Shown: in pieces, positions 28,768-37,321 of the stretch
Numbering within the stretch: position 1 is the first letter of the stretch
Layout of the letters: the number at the start of each line of letters is the position of its first letter
Source of the DNA: a virus
Taxonomy: Duplodnaviria; Heunggongvirae; Uroviricota; Caudoviricetes
Strand: one strand, 5' to 3'
IMG/VR virus record: IMGVR_UViG_3300037400_006466
Location: 108,098-172,097 of that record
DNA: 64,000 nt
The notes under the pieces: generated by a model
Seen by the model: only the letters and a program-made list of their open reading frames with translations
Told to the model about the DNA's origin: nothing
The model's database searches: none
Program-made: the position numbers and the translations under genes

Positions 28768-30003
28768 TCACTCAGTTGCCTTATAATTCCAAATAGGCTT
28801 GATTATATCCACAACATCTGCTGTTTCCTTAATCCACGGAAGTACGGACTCTATTGACTTGTATGCCATAGGTGACTCATCAAGAGTATCCTCTGATACA
28901 CATGAAGTATAGATTCCATCCATTGACTTCTTGAAATCGTCCAAAGATATGGTCTCCTTGGCCGCATTTCTCGACATAAGCCTTCCAGCTCCATGAGGTC
29001 CCGAGAAATTGTAATCCTTGTTTCCCTTACCTTCTGCAAGAATAGACCCGTCTCTCATGTTTATGGGAATCAGAACTGTCTTACCGAAAGAACAGTCAAT
29101 AGAACCCTTTCTCAGAATCTTCTGTTCAAAGTCTATGTAGTTGTGTATAGTCTCACATTTGTACAGATTGAACCAGTCCAGATTGAAGTACTTGACAATC
29201 CTCTCACAGATTGTCTTTCTGTTGAGAGAGGCATACCACTGACAGATTCTCATGTCATAAAGATAATCCTCAAGGTGCTGACCCTCAAGCCATGCGAGGT
29301 CTTTCGGTACTTTCTCCGTATTCTCCTTATACCTCTTCTGGAGCTCCTTGAGAGCGTTCTGAATCTCTGACTTTCTTCCCTCAGCCTTATAGGTCTCAAT
29401 GAGATTTGCCTTCTCTATGAAATATGTGTCAAGTCCTCTGTTGCAGATTCCATCAGCCAAATCCTGGTAGTAATCAGCGACCTGCTTACCCATGTTTCTT
29501 GAGCCAGTATGGACAACAAAATAGATTCTACCGTCAGAACCTTCATCAAGTTCCATGAAGTGATTTCCACCACCAAGAGTACCTATGGCTCTTTCAAATC
29601 TTCCTGCATCCTTCATTTCTCTGTAACATTTGAGATTGAGTATTTCCGGAAAATGCACCTGACGGGCTTCGTAGACCTCTTTACCAACAGGTATGTGAGT
29701 GGATATGAACTTGTCAAAATCATCGAAGTCTATATCTTCTTTTCTGATTCCTTTCAGTTCAATCAGTAACATTCCACAACCGATATCTACCCCAACAAGA
29801 TTAGGACAGACTCTTCCGTTGTTGATTGTCATTGTAGTTCCAATCACGCAACCAGCGCCTGCATGACAGTCCGGCATGATTCTGATTGTCTCACCCTCTA
29901 CAAAAGGCTGATTCACAATTGTCTGAACCTGGTCGCGGGTTGCATCGTCAATCTCTGACTGATATATAATAGCTGAATTGTACTGTCCTTTAATCTCTAT
30001 CAT
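28768..30003 (-). CDS. rtcB: RtcB RNA ligase (411 aa)
   Basis: IMPDCHAG, GVDIGCG, GTLGGGNHF, HTGSR, HNY, RKG, HGAGR, DESPMAYK. Confidence 0.95.
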   Translation of the reverse strand: MIEIKGQYNSAIIYQSEIDDATRDQVQTIVNQPFVEGETIRIMPDCHAGAGCVIGTTMTINNGRVCPNLVGVDIGCGMLLIELKGIRKEDIDFDDFDKFISTHIPVGKEVYEARQVHFPEILNLKCYREMKDAGRFERAIGTLGGGNHFMELDEGSDGRIYFVVHTGSRNMGKQVADYYQDLADGICNRGLDTYFIEKANLIETYKAEGRKSEIQNALKELQKRYKENTEKVPKDLAWLEGQHLEDYLYDMRICQWYASLNRKTICERIVKYFNLDWFNLYKCETIHNYIDFEQKILRKGSIDCSFGKTVLIPINMRDGSILAEGKGNKDYNFSGPHGAGRLMSRNAAKETISLDDFKKSMDGIYTSCVSEDTLDESPMAYKSIESVLPWIKETADVVDIIKPIWNYKATE

Positions 30004-30320
30004 TTTTCTTCAAACCTCTTGATATTGGCCCAAATTACTTCATCATCCATCCATTTTGGATTCACATCATTGAACCATCCGTAATTTGACCTCTTGTCAA
30101 TCCAAGACATCGTTCCGACATAGTTCATGTCCTTATCAAAGACAATGGAGCTCTCCACGATGTCATAACCATACTTGAAATCAAATGACATGACAAATCC
30201 AGGACCGAAGTAATGTCCATCTGTGAAAACATCAATATTCTCACAGGATTCAACCTCTGGATACAGATTTACTGTATCAAATATATGTTTCAGAATATCA
30301 ATTGTTGTCTTCTTCATCAT
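30000..30320 (-). CDS. Hypothetical protein (106 aa)
   Basis: ATGA-coupled on both sides. Confidence 0.55.
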   Translation of the reverse strand: MMKKTTIDILKHIFDTVNLYPEVESCENIDVFTDGHYFGPGFVMSFDFKYGYDIVESSIVFDKDMNYVGTMSWIDKRSNYGWFNDVNPKWMDDEVIWANIKRFEEK

Positions 30321-30427
30321 TTTAAATCCACTCCATCCATTTCCACACAATTACCTATCTTCCTATCCATGACAAGAGTACTGCAGGTGTGTTTGTGTGT
30401 CATAGGTTCTTTTCTCCTTACATCATT

Positions 30428-30457
30428 ATTATACCACAGAACCCAGGATTATGTCAA
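30428..30457 (-). promoter_or_regulatory. Sigma70-like early promoter
   Basis: TTGACA-18nt-TATAAT (TGn extension) then GATGTAAGGAGA. Confidence 0.7.
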
Positions 30458-30474
30458 TGCCTATAAAAAAATAA

Positions 30475-30645
30475 TCAGACAAGATGTCTGACTATTTCAA
30501 TTCTCCATATTATGGGCGGAACTATTATCATAAGCATTGATATGGTGAAAAGTATCCCATACAGCTTGGTGTCCTCTTTGAGGAACACCAGGACAATTAT
30601 GGCCAATAGCGCCCCTGTAACAGATATGATGTCATATACACTCAT
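30475..30645 (-). CDS. Small two-TM membrane protein (56 aa, not in ORF track)
   Basis: MSVYDIISVTGALLAIIVLVFLKEDTKLYGILFTISMLMIIVPPIIW...; GAGGAG SD. Confidence 0.6.
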   Translation of the reverse strand: MSVYDIISVTGALLAIIVLVFLKEDTKLYGILFTISMLMIIVPPIIWRIEIVRHLV

Positions 30646-30648
30646 GGC

Positions 30649-30945
30649 TCACTCCTCAGGGATATCAGCATACTCCATTCCCTTGGTTATCTCACTCTTC
30701 TGTCTGTCAATTGCAAGAGTATCATGAAGATTGGTCCTGTACCAGTCAAGGATGCTGTTCCTCATTTCCTTGGAGAAGTGCTCAGTATCCCTTGATATGT
30801 TGAGTATCTTCCTTATGTAGATGTTGTCCATCATCTGAGGGGAGTTCTCTATCTCCTCCCTTCTTTCATAGAGGGCATCTATGTCCTTGATTGTCTCAAG
30901 GAGCTCAAGTGCCTGCTTAAGGTCTTTTTTCTGCTTATTTATCAT
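30649..30945 (-). CDS. Hypothetical protein (98 aa)
   Basis: ATGA-coupled ORF. Confidence 0.6.
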   Translation of the reverse strand: MINKQKKDLKQALELLETIKDIDALYERREEIENSPQMMDNIYIRKILNISRDTEHFSKEMRNSILDWYRTNLHDTLAIDRQKSEITKGMEYADIPEE

Positions 30946-31415
30946 CTGGACTTCCTCTTATACTGGCTCATGCTTCCCCAAAGGTACCCGTATACTCCGT
31001 CATTGACTTTGGTGACTTTGTAGTCACTTGAGAGTCCTTCATTCTTCCAATCATCACTTACCTCAGCCTCCACAACCCTGTAGGTGTTCTTGACCACGTT
31101 GTGTGTCTCCCTGTACTGAGCGTTAATCTCAGGAGAGAACGGGACTTTGCCTATTCTGTTCTTGAGTTCCTTGATGGCCTCATCATCCTTCTGGCTGAGG
31201 AAGCTCTTAACTTTACCGCAGAAAGTATAATAGTTGTTGCTGCTGAAGACCATATTCCATGTATCTGTGACGTCCTCAATCCTTTTCCTGATGTCACTTA
31301 CCATTTTGTCCTTGCTTTCAATCTCAGATACTTCAACTGTATTCAGAAGTGAGTTCAGAAGGTCGAGGTTCTCTTCCTTGGTGTAGTGTCTCTCAAGTGC
31401 CCAAATCTTCTTCAT
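30942..31415 (-). CDS. Hypothetical early protein (157 aa)
   Basis: Downstream of TTGACA-17-TACACT promoter (about 31439-31467) and GATGTAAGGAGA leader. Confidence 0.65.
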   Translation of the reverse strand: MKKIWALERHYTKEENLDLLNSLLNTVEVSEIESKDKMVSDIRKRIEDVTDTWNMVFSSNNYYTFCGKVKSFLSQKDDEAIKELKNRIGKVPFSPEINAQYRETHNVVKNTYRVVEAEVSDDWKNEGLSSDYKVTKVNDGVYGYLWGSMSQYKRKSR

Positions 31416-31483
31416 GTCTGTAATCTCCTTACATCATCAGTGTATCATATAGGGGGGAATATGTCAATAGGGAAAATCTGAAA

Positions 31484-31813
31484 TCAATTGATTAAAGTAT
31501 CACCTTGTTTGTATTTGTCTTTGGAATCATATGATACCTTGACGTTGTTGTAGGTCTCCTTGAGCTTCTTGAACTCCTTGATGATATCTGTGGTGCTTGA
31601 ATGCTCAGGGGTTCCGTTGAGGTCGGCCTCTATGTATCCCCTGTAATGGGTGAGAGGGGTGATGTCCATATAGAGGTCATCGAATCTGGGATCCTCAAGA
31701 AGCAGGTTGTACTGCTTGAAGATGTCATACTGCATTTGTCTGTATTTGTCATAGAGCCTTATAAGTTCATCCAGGTTGTTTCCTGTGATATCTGTCTTTT
31801 TCTTGATATTCAT
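31484..31813 (-). CDS. Hypothetical protein (109 aa)
   Basis: AAGGAGA SD; CTTTATATTA motif upstream. Confidence 0.6.
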   Translation of the reverse strand: MNIKKKTDITGNNLDELIRLYDKYRQMQYDIFKQYNLLLEDPRFDDLYMDITPLTHYRGYIEADLNGTPEHSSTTDIIKEFKKLKETYNNVKVSYDSKDKYKQGDTLIN

Positions 31814-31883
31814 TTGATGTAAATCTCCTTATGTATTTAATATAAAGAGGATATCAGTAATCTCAGGGATTTCAGCAATAAAA

Positions 31884-32693
31884 TCAATCTATAGGTGTGA
31901 AGGAATCCTTCAGATTATATTTATTTCCTTTCATCATTTCTTTGGCGCAATCCTCACAATAAGGACTTACCCATCCTTTTGAGATATACTTGGCGGGTTC
32001 TCCGCAATTTATACAAGTGTGTATGGATAACTCAGTATATTTGTCTATAATCTCAGGGACTTTGCATGCGTCTGTAATTTCATAAAGGGCATAGTGATGT
32101 ACTGCATCCTTATTGTACTTATCCAGCTCCTCTTGGGTCATGTCCACGTTATTGTCAAATGGGTTTATGTAATGGTCAGACCATAGTGACCTAAGCACAT
32201 ATTTGTTTGGGTCCCAGTTTCTTTTAAGAACATCAAAACCATGAATCTCGAACTCCTTGGCAGGTTCATCAGACAGCTTGTATGGTGTTCCATTATCATA
32301 CCATCTGAGACTTCCGTATTTCTCCTTTATCTGAGATATCTCATATTTGTCCTGATACTCAAATCTCCTGAGTTCATGGTCTATCTCCTCACACATCTGG
32401 TCACCGAAGGCAAGTCTCCATCCTTCTGGCATATCATCCAGAACGGTGTATTCATAATTATATTCAGGGTGTAATTTCGGGTCACCAGGCCAGAACCCCT
32501 CTTCCCCATCATGTCCTGCACATACAGATATTTTCTTACCTGACCAGTTATTGCGGGGTTCAAGCCAAGGATACTTTCTGATGAGCTCCTTGTTGAAGTT
32601 TCTCATGGCTTCAAGGTCTTTTTCCCAGCCCTCATATTGATGGTCTTTTTCAGGACACTTATGATATATCTCAATGTACTCTTTTGTGGTCAT
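31884..32693 (-). CDS. Conserved phage hypothetical protein with C-terminal CxxC...CxxC (269 aa)
   Basis: QIKEKYGSLRWY and CINCGEP...GWVSPYCEDC; start reassigned to ATG 32693, 5 nt after CTTTATATTA. Confidence 0.7.
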   Translation of the reverse strand: MTTKEYIEIYHKCPEKDHQYEGWEKDLEAMRNFNKELIRKYPWLEPRNNWSGKKISVCAGHDGEEGFWPGDPKLHPEYNYEYTVLDDMPEGWRLAFGDQMCEEIDHELRRFEYQDKYEISQIKEKYGSLRWYDNGTPYKLSDEPAKEFEIHGFDVLKRNWDPNKYVLRSLWSDHYINPFDNNVDMTQEELDKYNKDAVHHYALYEITDACKVPEIIDKYTELSIHTCINCGEPAKYISKGWVSPYCEDCAKEMMKGNKYNLKDSFTPID

Positions 32694-32771
32694 ACATATA
32701 ATATAAAGAGGAAATGACTTAATGGTCATTGAATATTGTAACCCCCCACTAATTTTATAACTAATTATTAT

Positions 32772-33701
32772 ATGAGTAATGAGCCTAAGTATTGTATATA
32801 CAGAATCATAAATAACATAAACGGAAAGACCTATATAGGTCAGCATACCTATTATGGCAATAATCCCATTCTTACAAGAAAGAATGAAAAATATACTGGA
32901 AGTGGAAAGACTCTTATGGAAGCTTATGCTAAATATGGCATAGACAATTTTTCTTATGAGATTATAAAAGAAGGAATAGAGGATAAAACGGAAATAGACT
33001 CTCTGGAAAAATATTATATACAAGAGGAAAGGAAAAACAAAGGATATAAAAACGTATATAACATATCAGACGGAGGAACTGGGGGAGTTGTATGGAAAGG
33101 AGAAAGTCCTACTTGTGGAAAAAGAATGTTTAATAATGGAAGTATCCAATTATATGCAGATGAGTGCCCTGAGGGATTCAAGGAAGGAGCCCTTACTAAA
33201 ATAAGCGAGGAGCAAAGAAAATCCCTCTCTATATCTCATATGGGATCTAATAATCCTATGTATGGTAAGAAGTGGTATCATACTCTTGACGGAGAAGAAA
33301 GATTATTAAATATAGAAGAAGCTCAATCTGATGAAAAATGGATACCCGGGAGAATTAAAGGAATAAAAAGAAATTATGTATTTACAGAAGAAGAAAGAAG
33401 AAGAAGGTCTGAAAGAATGAAAGGCCATAAAGTTTCTGATGAGGTTAAAAGAAAAATATCTGATACCGTTAGAAGTACTTGCAATTCTGAAGAATGGAAA
33501 AAGGAGCATTCTTTAAGAACAAAAGAGGGGATGAAGAAAGTTGAATCTATGTCTTCTGTAAGAGACAGATATAAGGAAGTAAAAGAATTAGGCCTGCTTC
33601 CTTTACTTGGAGTATACCAGGACCACTGGAACAATTTTAGAAAATATGAAAGTATCTATGGTAAGGTAGATATAAATAAATTAAAAAAGGACTCTTTATA
33701 G
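32772..33701 (+). CDS. Free-standing GIY-YIG (Seg-like) homing endonuclease with NUMOD-like C-terminal segments (309 aa)
   Basis: YCIYRIINNINGKTYIGQH...YTGSG; KGHKVSDEVKRKIS; AT-rich, opposite strand to neighbours; ACTAATTW at 32748 and 32760. Confidence 0.85.
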   Translation: MSNEPKYCIYRIINNINGKTYIGQHTYYGNNPILTRKNEKYTGSGKTLMEAYAKYGIDNFSYEIIKEGIEDKTEIDSLEKYYIQEERKNKGYKNVYNISDGGTGGVVWKGESPTCGKRMFNNGSIQLYADECPEGFKEGALTKISEEQRKSLSISHMGSNNPMYGKKWYHTLDGEERLLNIEEAQSDEKWIPGRIKGIKRNYVFTEEERRRRSERMKGHKVSDEVKRKISDTVRSTCNSEEWKKEHSLRTKEGMKKVESMSSVRDRYKEVKELGLLPLLGVYQDHWNNFRKYESIYGKVDINKLKKDSL

Positions 33702-33707
33702 AGTCCT
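33688..33707. terminator. Bidirectional terminator containing the endonuclease stop codon
   Basis: AGGACTCT-TTAT-AGAGTCCT flanked by A- and T-tracts. Confidence 0.75.
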
Positions 33708-33712
33708 CTTTT

Positions 33713-35257
33713 TTATCTGACCAACTTAGTGATTTTAGTGCGGACGTGGAGCCTCATAATATTCCACCCGCCAGCGAAGAATGAAGTGACTCTCCACTTG
33801 CCTCCATCCTGTCCGACAACAGTTCCGTTCAGATGTCCAGTGTTCTGTGCTGACCAGTAAAAGACACCGTCTTTGACAGGACCGGACTTCTCACAGACCG
33901 CGGTCACAAAGGACTTCTTGACTTCAGCTGCCTGTTCCTTGAACATCTTCCTTATCTTGGCCTCGCCTAATTTGGAGATTGAGAGGAACTCACCCGCTGC
34001 CTCCTTGGTGCTCTGTAAGTTTGTCTTTTCATAACTGAGTTCAGTGTATTCATCAATGTTCTCATATCCGTTCCTTATGTACCACCATGATACTCCTTTC
34101 TCTCCAGTATGCTCAGAGACCCACTTGTCTGCAATCTCCTTAATCTGCTCATCAAGATCCTTGATTCTCTTGACTGCATTATCATATCTGGTCTGATTCA
34201 TCTTGATGTTGGCAGGATTCAGATAGTAGGCGACAACCTCCTCCACCCAGTTATCAAGGAAAGCATTGAGAGAGGGTTTTCCCTCATCATTCAGTATGGC
34301 ATCTATTGACTTCTCCCAGATGTCATAAGTGTTCTCCTTCTCCATTGTGATGGTCTTGACAACTTTCTCTCTGGATGTCTCTGCTTTGTACAGGGCATTC
34401 TTGCAATCCCAATAGGTGTAGGAGCCACCATAGGCCATTCTGGCCGCACAGACCTTATTGTCGAATTGTCTGACAGAAGAATACTTTTCGGTGTAATCCT
34501 TATAAATTCCATCAGCCTCTGTGAAGTCAAGGTGCTTTGTGTTACCAGAGACATAAGAGAACCATGCATTGTCAATGGCAGTGAAAAGCTTGTTGAAGTA
34601 CTCTCTTATCTCAGGATACTTCTCTTCATTTCTCTTGACCTCATAAGAGATTCTGATTCTGTCAGTAAGGAAGGCTGATATGGCCATCTGTTCTCCTCTG
34701 CCACTTGGCTTGTAGTCCTGCATCCTCTTGGGGTCATAGGAGTCAAATCTCTCATAGCTGACTTTCTCAATCTTGGGCTTCTTGGCCTCTTCCTCAGCGC
34801 TTTTCTTTCCTGAGAGGTCTGAAGCGGAGAATCCGTTCTTTGTGAGGTTCTTGACCACCTTGTTGAAAATGCCATTGACTGTATCAGGTCTTCCGTCAAA
34901 GTAGCTTCCATGCTTGTTGCGGTCATTCATGAAGGTGTTGAACATATCAATTGTCTTTGAACTTGTGGAAGGGGCTGTGAACTCCCATTTTCCGTTCTTG
35001 ACGAAGTTTCTCAGAGCTGACTTGAATGCTCCCACCACAGACTCATAATATCCCACAACCTTGTCATTGACCTCAGGCTGATACTTTGTATATTCCTCAT
35101 TGTTGAGTTTTCTGTTCAGACTGTCAAGGGTATAACTCATCTTGGAAACGGCGTCCTCATAATTGGACTTGGCGGTCTTGGAATATCTTCCACAATCCTT
35201 AGGTGTCAGAATCTCATCAAATTCAGCCTTGAGGTTTCTTTTCTCTGTATCAGCCAT
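33713..35257 (-). CDS. Hypothetical early protein (514 aa) with C-terminal 'AGG(W/Y)NI..LH.R' phage domain
   Basis: HLNGTVVG...FAGGWNIMRLHVRT; TTGACA-17-TATCAT promoter upstream (about 35279-35307). Confidence 0.65.
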   Translation of the reverse strand: MADTEKRNLKAEFDEILTPKDCGRYSKTAKSNYEDAVSKMSYTLDSLNRKLNNEEYTKYQPEVNDKVVGYYESVVGAFKSALRNFVKNGKWEFTAPSTSSKTIDMFNTFMNDRNKHGSYFDGRPDTVNGIFNKVVKNLTKNGFSASDLSGKKSAEEEAKKPKIEKVSYERFDSYDPKRMQDYKPSGRGEQMAISAFLTDRIRISYEVKRNEEKYPEIREYFNKLFTAIDNAWFSYVSGNTKHLDFTEADGIYKDYTEKYSSVRQFDNKVCAARMAYGGSYTYWDCKNALYKAETSREKVVKTITMEKENTYDIWEKSIDAILNDEGKPSLNAFLDNWVEEVVAYYLNPANIKMNQTRYDNAVKRIKDLDEQIKEIADKWVSEHTGEKGVSWWYIRNGYENIDEYTELSYEKTNLQSTKEAAGEFLSISKLGEAKIRKMFKEQAAEVKKSFVTAVCEKSGPVKDGVFYWSAQNTGHLNGTVVGQDGGKWRVTSFFAGGWNIMRLHVRTKITKLVR

Positions 35258-35323
35258 TTATAGCCTCCATCTATGATTATGATAACACAAATGATTATTT
35301 ATGTCAATATTATCCTATAAAAA

Positions 35324-35346
35324 AGGAAGTGAGAACATCACTTCCT
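35324..35346 (-). terminator. Hairpin AGGAAGTGA-GAACA-TCACTTCCT
   Basis: 9-bp stem with A-tract on + strand left side. Confidence 0.65.
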
Positions 35347-35560
35347 TCTCCTTTAGTTAGTTTCAAATCCTATCTTGACAATGTTCCAGCTGAAACAAAG
35401 TCCTCAATGAAATCAGTTCTTTTTGGACTTTCATCCATCGTAGTATTCTATGCTGTGGTAATGACGCCATTATTTTGTATTTTTTCCATTGATGTTCAAT
35501 GTTCTTATGTACTCATTTTTACTCATAGTATGATTATAATCATTTTGAATGGAAATTGAC

Positions 35561-35593
35561 AAAAAAAAAGCCCTCTTATGAATAGAGGGCTTT
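35561..35593 (-). terminator. Intrinsic terminator ending the receptor-binding locus
   Basis: AAAGCCCTCT-TATGAAT-AGAGGGCTTT with A-tract. Confidence 0.8.
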
Positions 35594-35628
35594 GCCATAT
35601 GTGGGTGTTCCGTTAGACACTGTGACTG

Positions 35629-35823
35629 TCATTCAGTTGCCTCCTCTGGCTCTTCAATAGGCTCGTCCGTCTCCGTGTAGCTGTACTTGAGAGGCTGCAC
35701 GTCGATGGCCTCGGAATACTTGGCGCCTGTCTGGTCCTGTACGATGTAGTTCCCCTTGTCCGAATAGGTCCTCAGAAGGATGACCCCATCCGGTCTGGTC
35801 TTGAAATACTCTGTCTCTATCAT
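35629..35823 (-). CDS. Small tail-fibre-associated protein (64 aa; start reassigned to ATG 35823)
   Basis: [22 protein letters not shown]...GAKYSEAID...YTET; ATGA overlap with the LRR gene. Confidence 0.6.
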   Translation of the reverse strand: MIETEYFKTRPDGVILLRTYSDKGNYIVQDQTGAKYSEAIDVQPLKYSYTETDEPIEEPEEATE

Positions 35824-37310
35824 GCTGTGGCCTCCTCCATTATCGATGCGAATGTTCTCCAGTTGGTTGCAGCCTGATATGCGGTGAGAGTTCCTGCTGG
35901 GACGATGATCTTCTGCTGATAGCTTGTGCTGAATGCATTGGCGCTTGAGAGCGTAGGAGGTGTTGTAGGCTCCAATATGACGGTGTAGAGGGCGTAACAG
36001 TTCTGGAATGCACTGTTCCCTATGCTCGTGACACTGCTCGGGATCGTGATGCTCTGGAGGGCGCAACAGCCACTGAACGCACTGCCTCCTATGCTCGTCA
36101 CACTGCTCGGGATCGTGATGCTCTGGAGGGCGTAACAGTTATAGAATGTACTGCCTCCTATGCTCGTCACACCGTCTGGGATCGTGATGCTCTGGAGGGC
36201 GTAACAGCTATAGAATGCACTGCCGTCGATGCTCGTGACACTGCTCGGGATCGTGATGCTCTGGAGGGCGGAACAGTCACTGAATGCACTGCCTCCTATG
36301 CTCGTCACACCGCTCGGGATCATGATGCTCTGGAGGGCGGAACAGTTCTGGAACATAGTGCCTCCTATGCTCGTCACACCGCTCGGGATCGTGATGCTCT
36401 GGAGGGCGGAACAGTTCTGGAACGCACTGCCTCCTATGCTCGTCACACCGTCTGGGATCATGATGCTCTGAAGGGCGGAACAGTTCAGGAATGCACTGCT
36501 CCCGATGCTCGTCACACCATCTGGGATCATGATGCTCTGAAGGTTGTAACAGCTACTGAACGCATTGGTCCCGATGCTCGTCACACTATCTGGAATAGTG
36601 ATGCTCTGGAGGGCGTAACAGTTCTGGAATGCACTGCTCCCTATGCTCGTAACAGTATTTGGATAGTATACACCCTGTACCTTCGTAATATATTTTCTAA
36701 AGGAAGTGGAGCTCTTTCCAAAACCGATGTATGCACTTGTTGAATCTATCACACAATGGAACAGCCCAGCACTTGTATAGACATGGTAGACATCACCAGC
36801 CGAGAAACTCTCTGTGGCGGAGCCATCACCCCAATCCACAGTACCGCTTGCCTGTGCGTTAAACCACACACCGTTGCCGTCCTTGTCTGTCGTGATATTG
36901 AAGAACGCGTGTGTCTTGCCGTCAGTTGTGTGGTAGTTCGCTCCGACGTTTATGATCCCGTCTGGGTAGTCAGTGTGGTGACTTTGAATCTGTGCAAGAG
37001 TCCAGTTCCAGCCGTCGAATGTCAGAGGAACCTCGTCTGTGCTGTGGTCAGGAGCATCTGGCAATGAGGCTAGTCCTGCAATCTCGCTTGCGGCAAACGA
37101 GGCGACAAGGGTCCCCTCGTAGTCGTAGAAGTTCAGGAGCTTCTCGGTCACCGCACCACCACTACCTCCACCTGAAGGAATGCTGTCCACCAAGGCTGGA
37201 TATGCATCCAGCTTGGCATCCGATGCCACGGTCACGCCCTTAGCTTCAATTGAAGTTTTCAAATCAGCTTTCGCTGTCTGTAATCTCGTGATTTCTGTTG
37301 CTATAGACAT
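35820..37310 (-). CDS. BspA/TpLRR-type leucine-rich-repeat receptor-binding protein (496 aa)
   Basis: [15 protein letters not shown]-terminus; NFYDYEGT and FDGWN segment; ten 23-aa ITIPxxVTSIGxxAFxxCxxL repeats; TTPPTL cap. Confidence 0.8.
   Translation of the reverse strand: MSIATEITRLQTAKADLKTSIEAKGVTVASDAKLDAYPALVDSIPSGGGSGGAVTEKLLNFYDYEGTLVASFAASEIAGLASLPDAPDHSTDEVPLTFDGWNWTLAQIQSHHTDYPDGIINVGANYHTTDGKTHAFFNITTDKDGNGVWFNAQASGTVDWGDGSATESFSAGDVYHVYTSAGLFHCVIDSTSAYIGFGKSSTSFRKYITKVQGVYYPNTVTSIGSSAFQNCYALQSITIPDSVTSIGTNAFSSCYNLQSIMIPDGVTSIGSSAFLNCSALQSIMIPDGVTSIGGSAFQNCSALQSITIPSGVTSIGGTMFQNCSALQSIMIPSGVTSIGGSAFSDCSALQSITIPSSVTSIDGSAFYSCYALQSITIPDGVTSIGGSTFYNCYALQSITIPSSVTSIGGSAFSGCCALQSITIPSSVTSIGNSAFQNCYALYTVILEPTTPPTLSSANAFSTSYQQKIIVPAGTLTAYQAATNWRTFASIMEEATA
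35980..36665 (-). repeat. About 10 tandem 69-bp coding repeats (LRR units)
   Basis: GATGCTCTG at 36048, 36117 and onward to 36600 with exact 69-bp period. Confidence 0.95.
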
Positions 37311-37321
37311 AAACTATCTCC

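Noticed and set aside
32772-33701. GIY-YIG gene as part of a group I intron
   Set aside because: It is intergenic and antisense; both neighbours are complete ORFs with their own starts and stops.
35350-35530. Possible frameshifted small gene (MSKNEYIRTLNINGK..., A6 run) or the + strand 35329..35559 ORF
   Set aside because: No SD, no recognisable product in any frame; cannot be supported without reads or homologs.
35980-36665. 69-bp repeats as a CRISPR array
   Set aside because: Contiguous in-frame coding repeats with no unique spacers and no cas genes.
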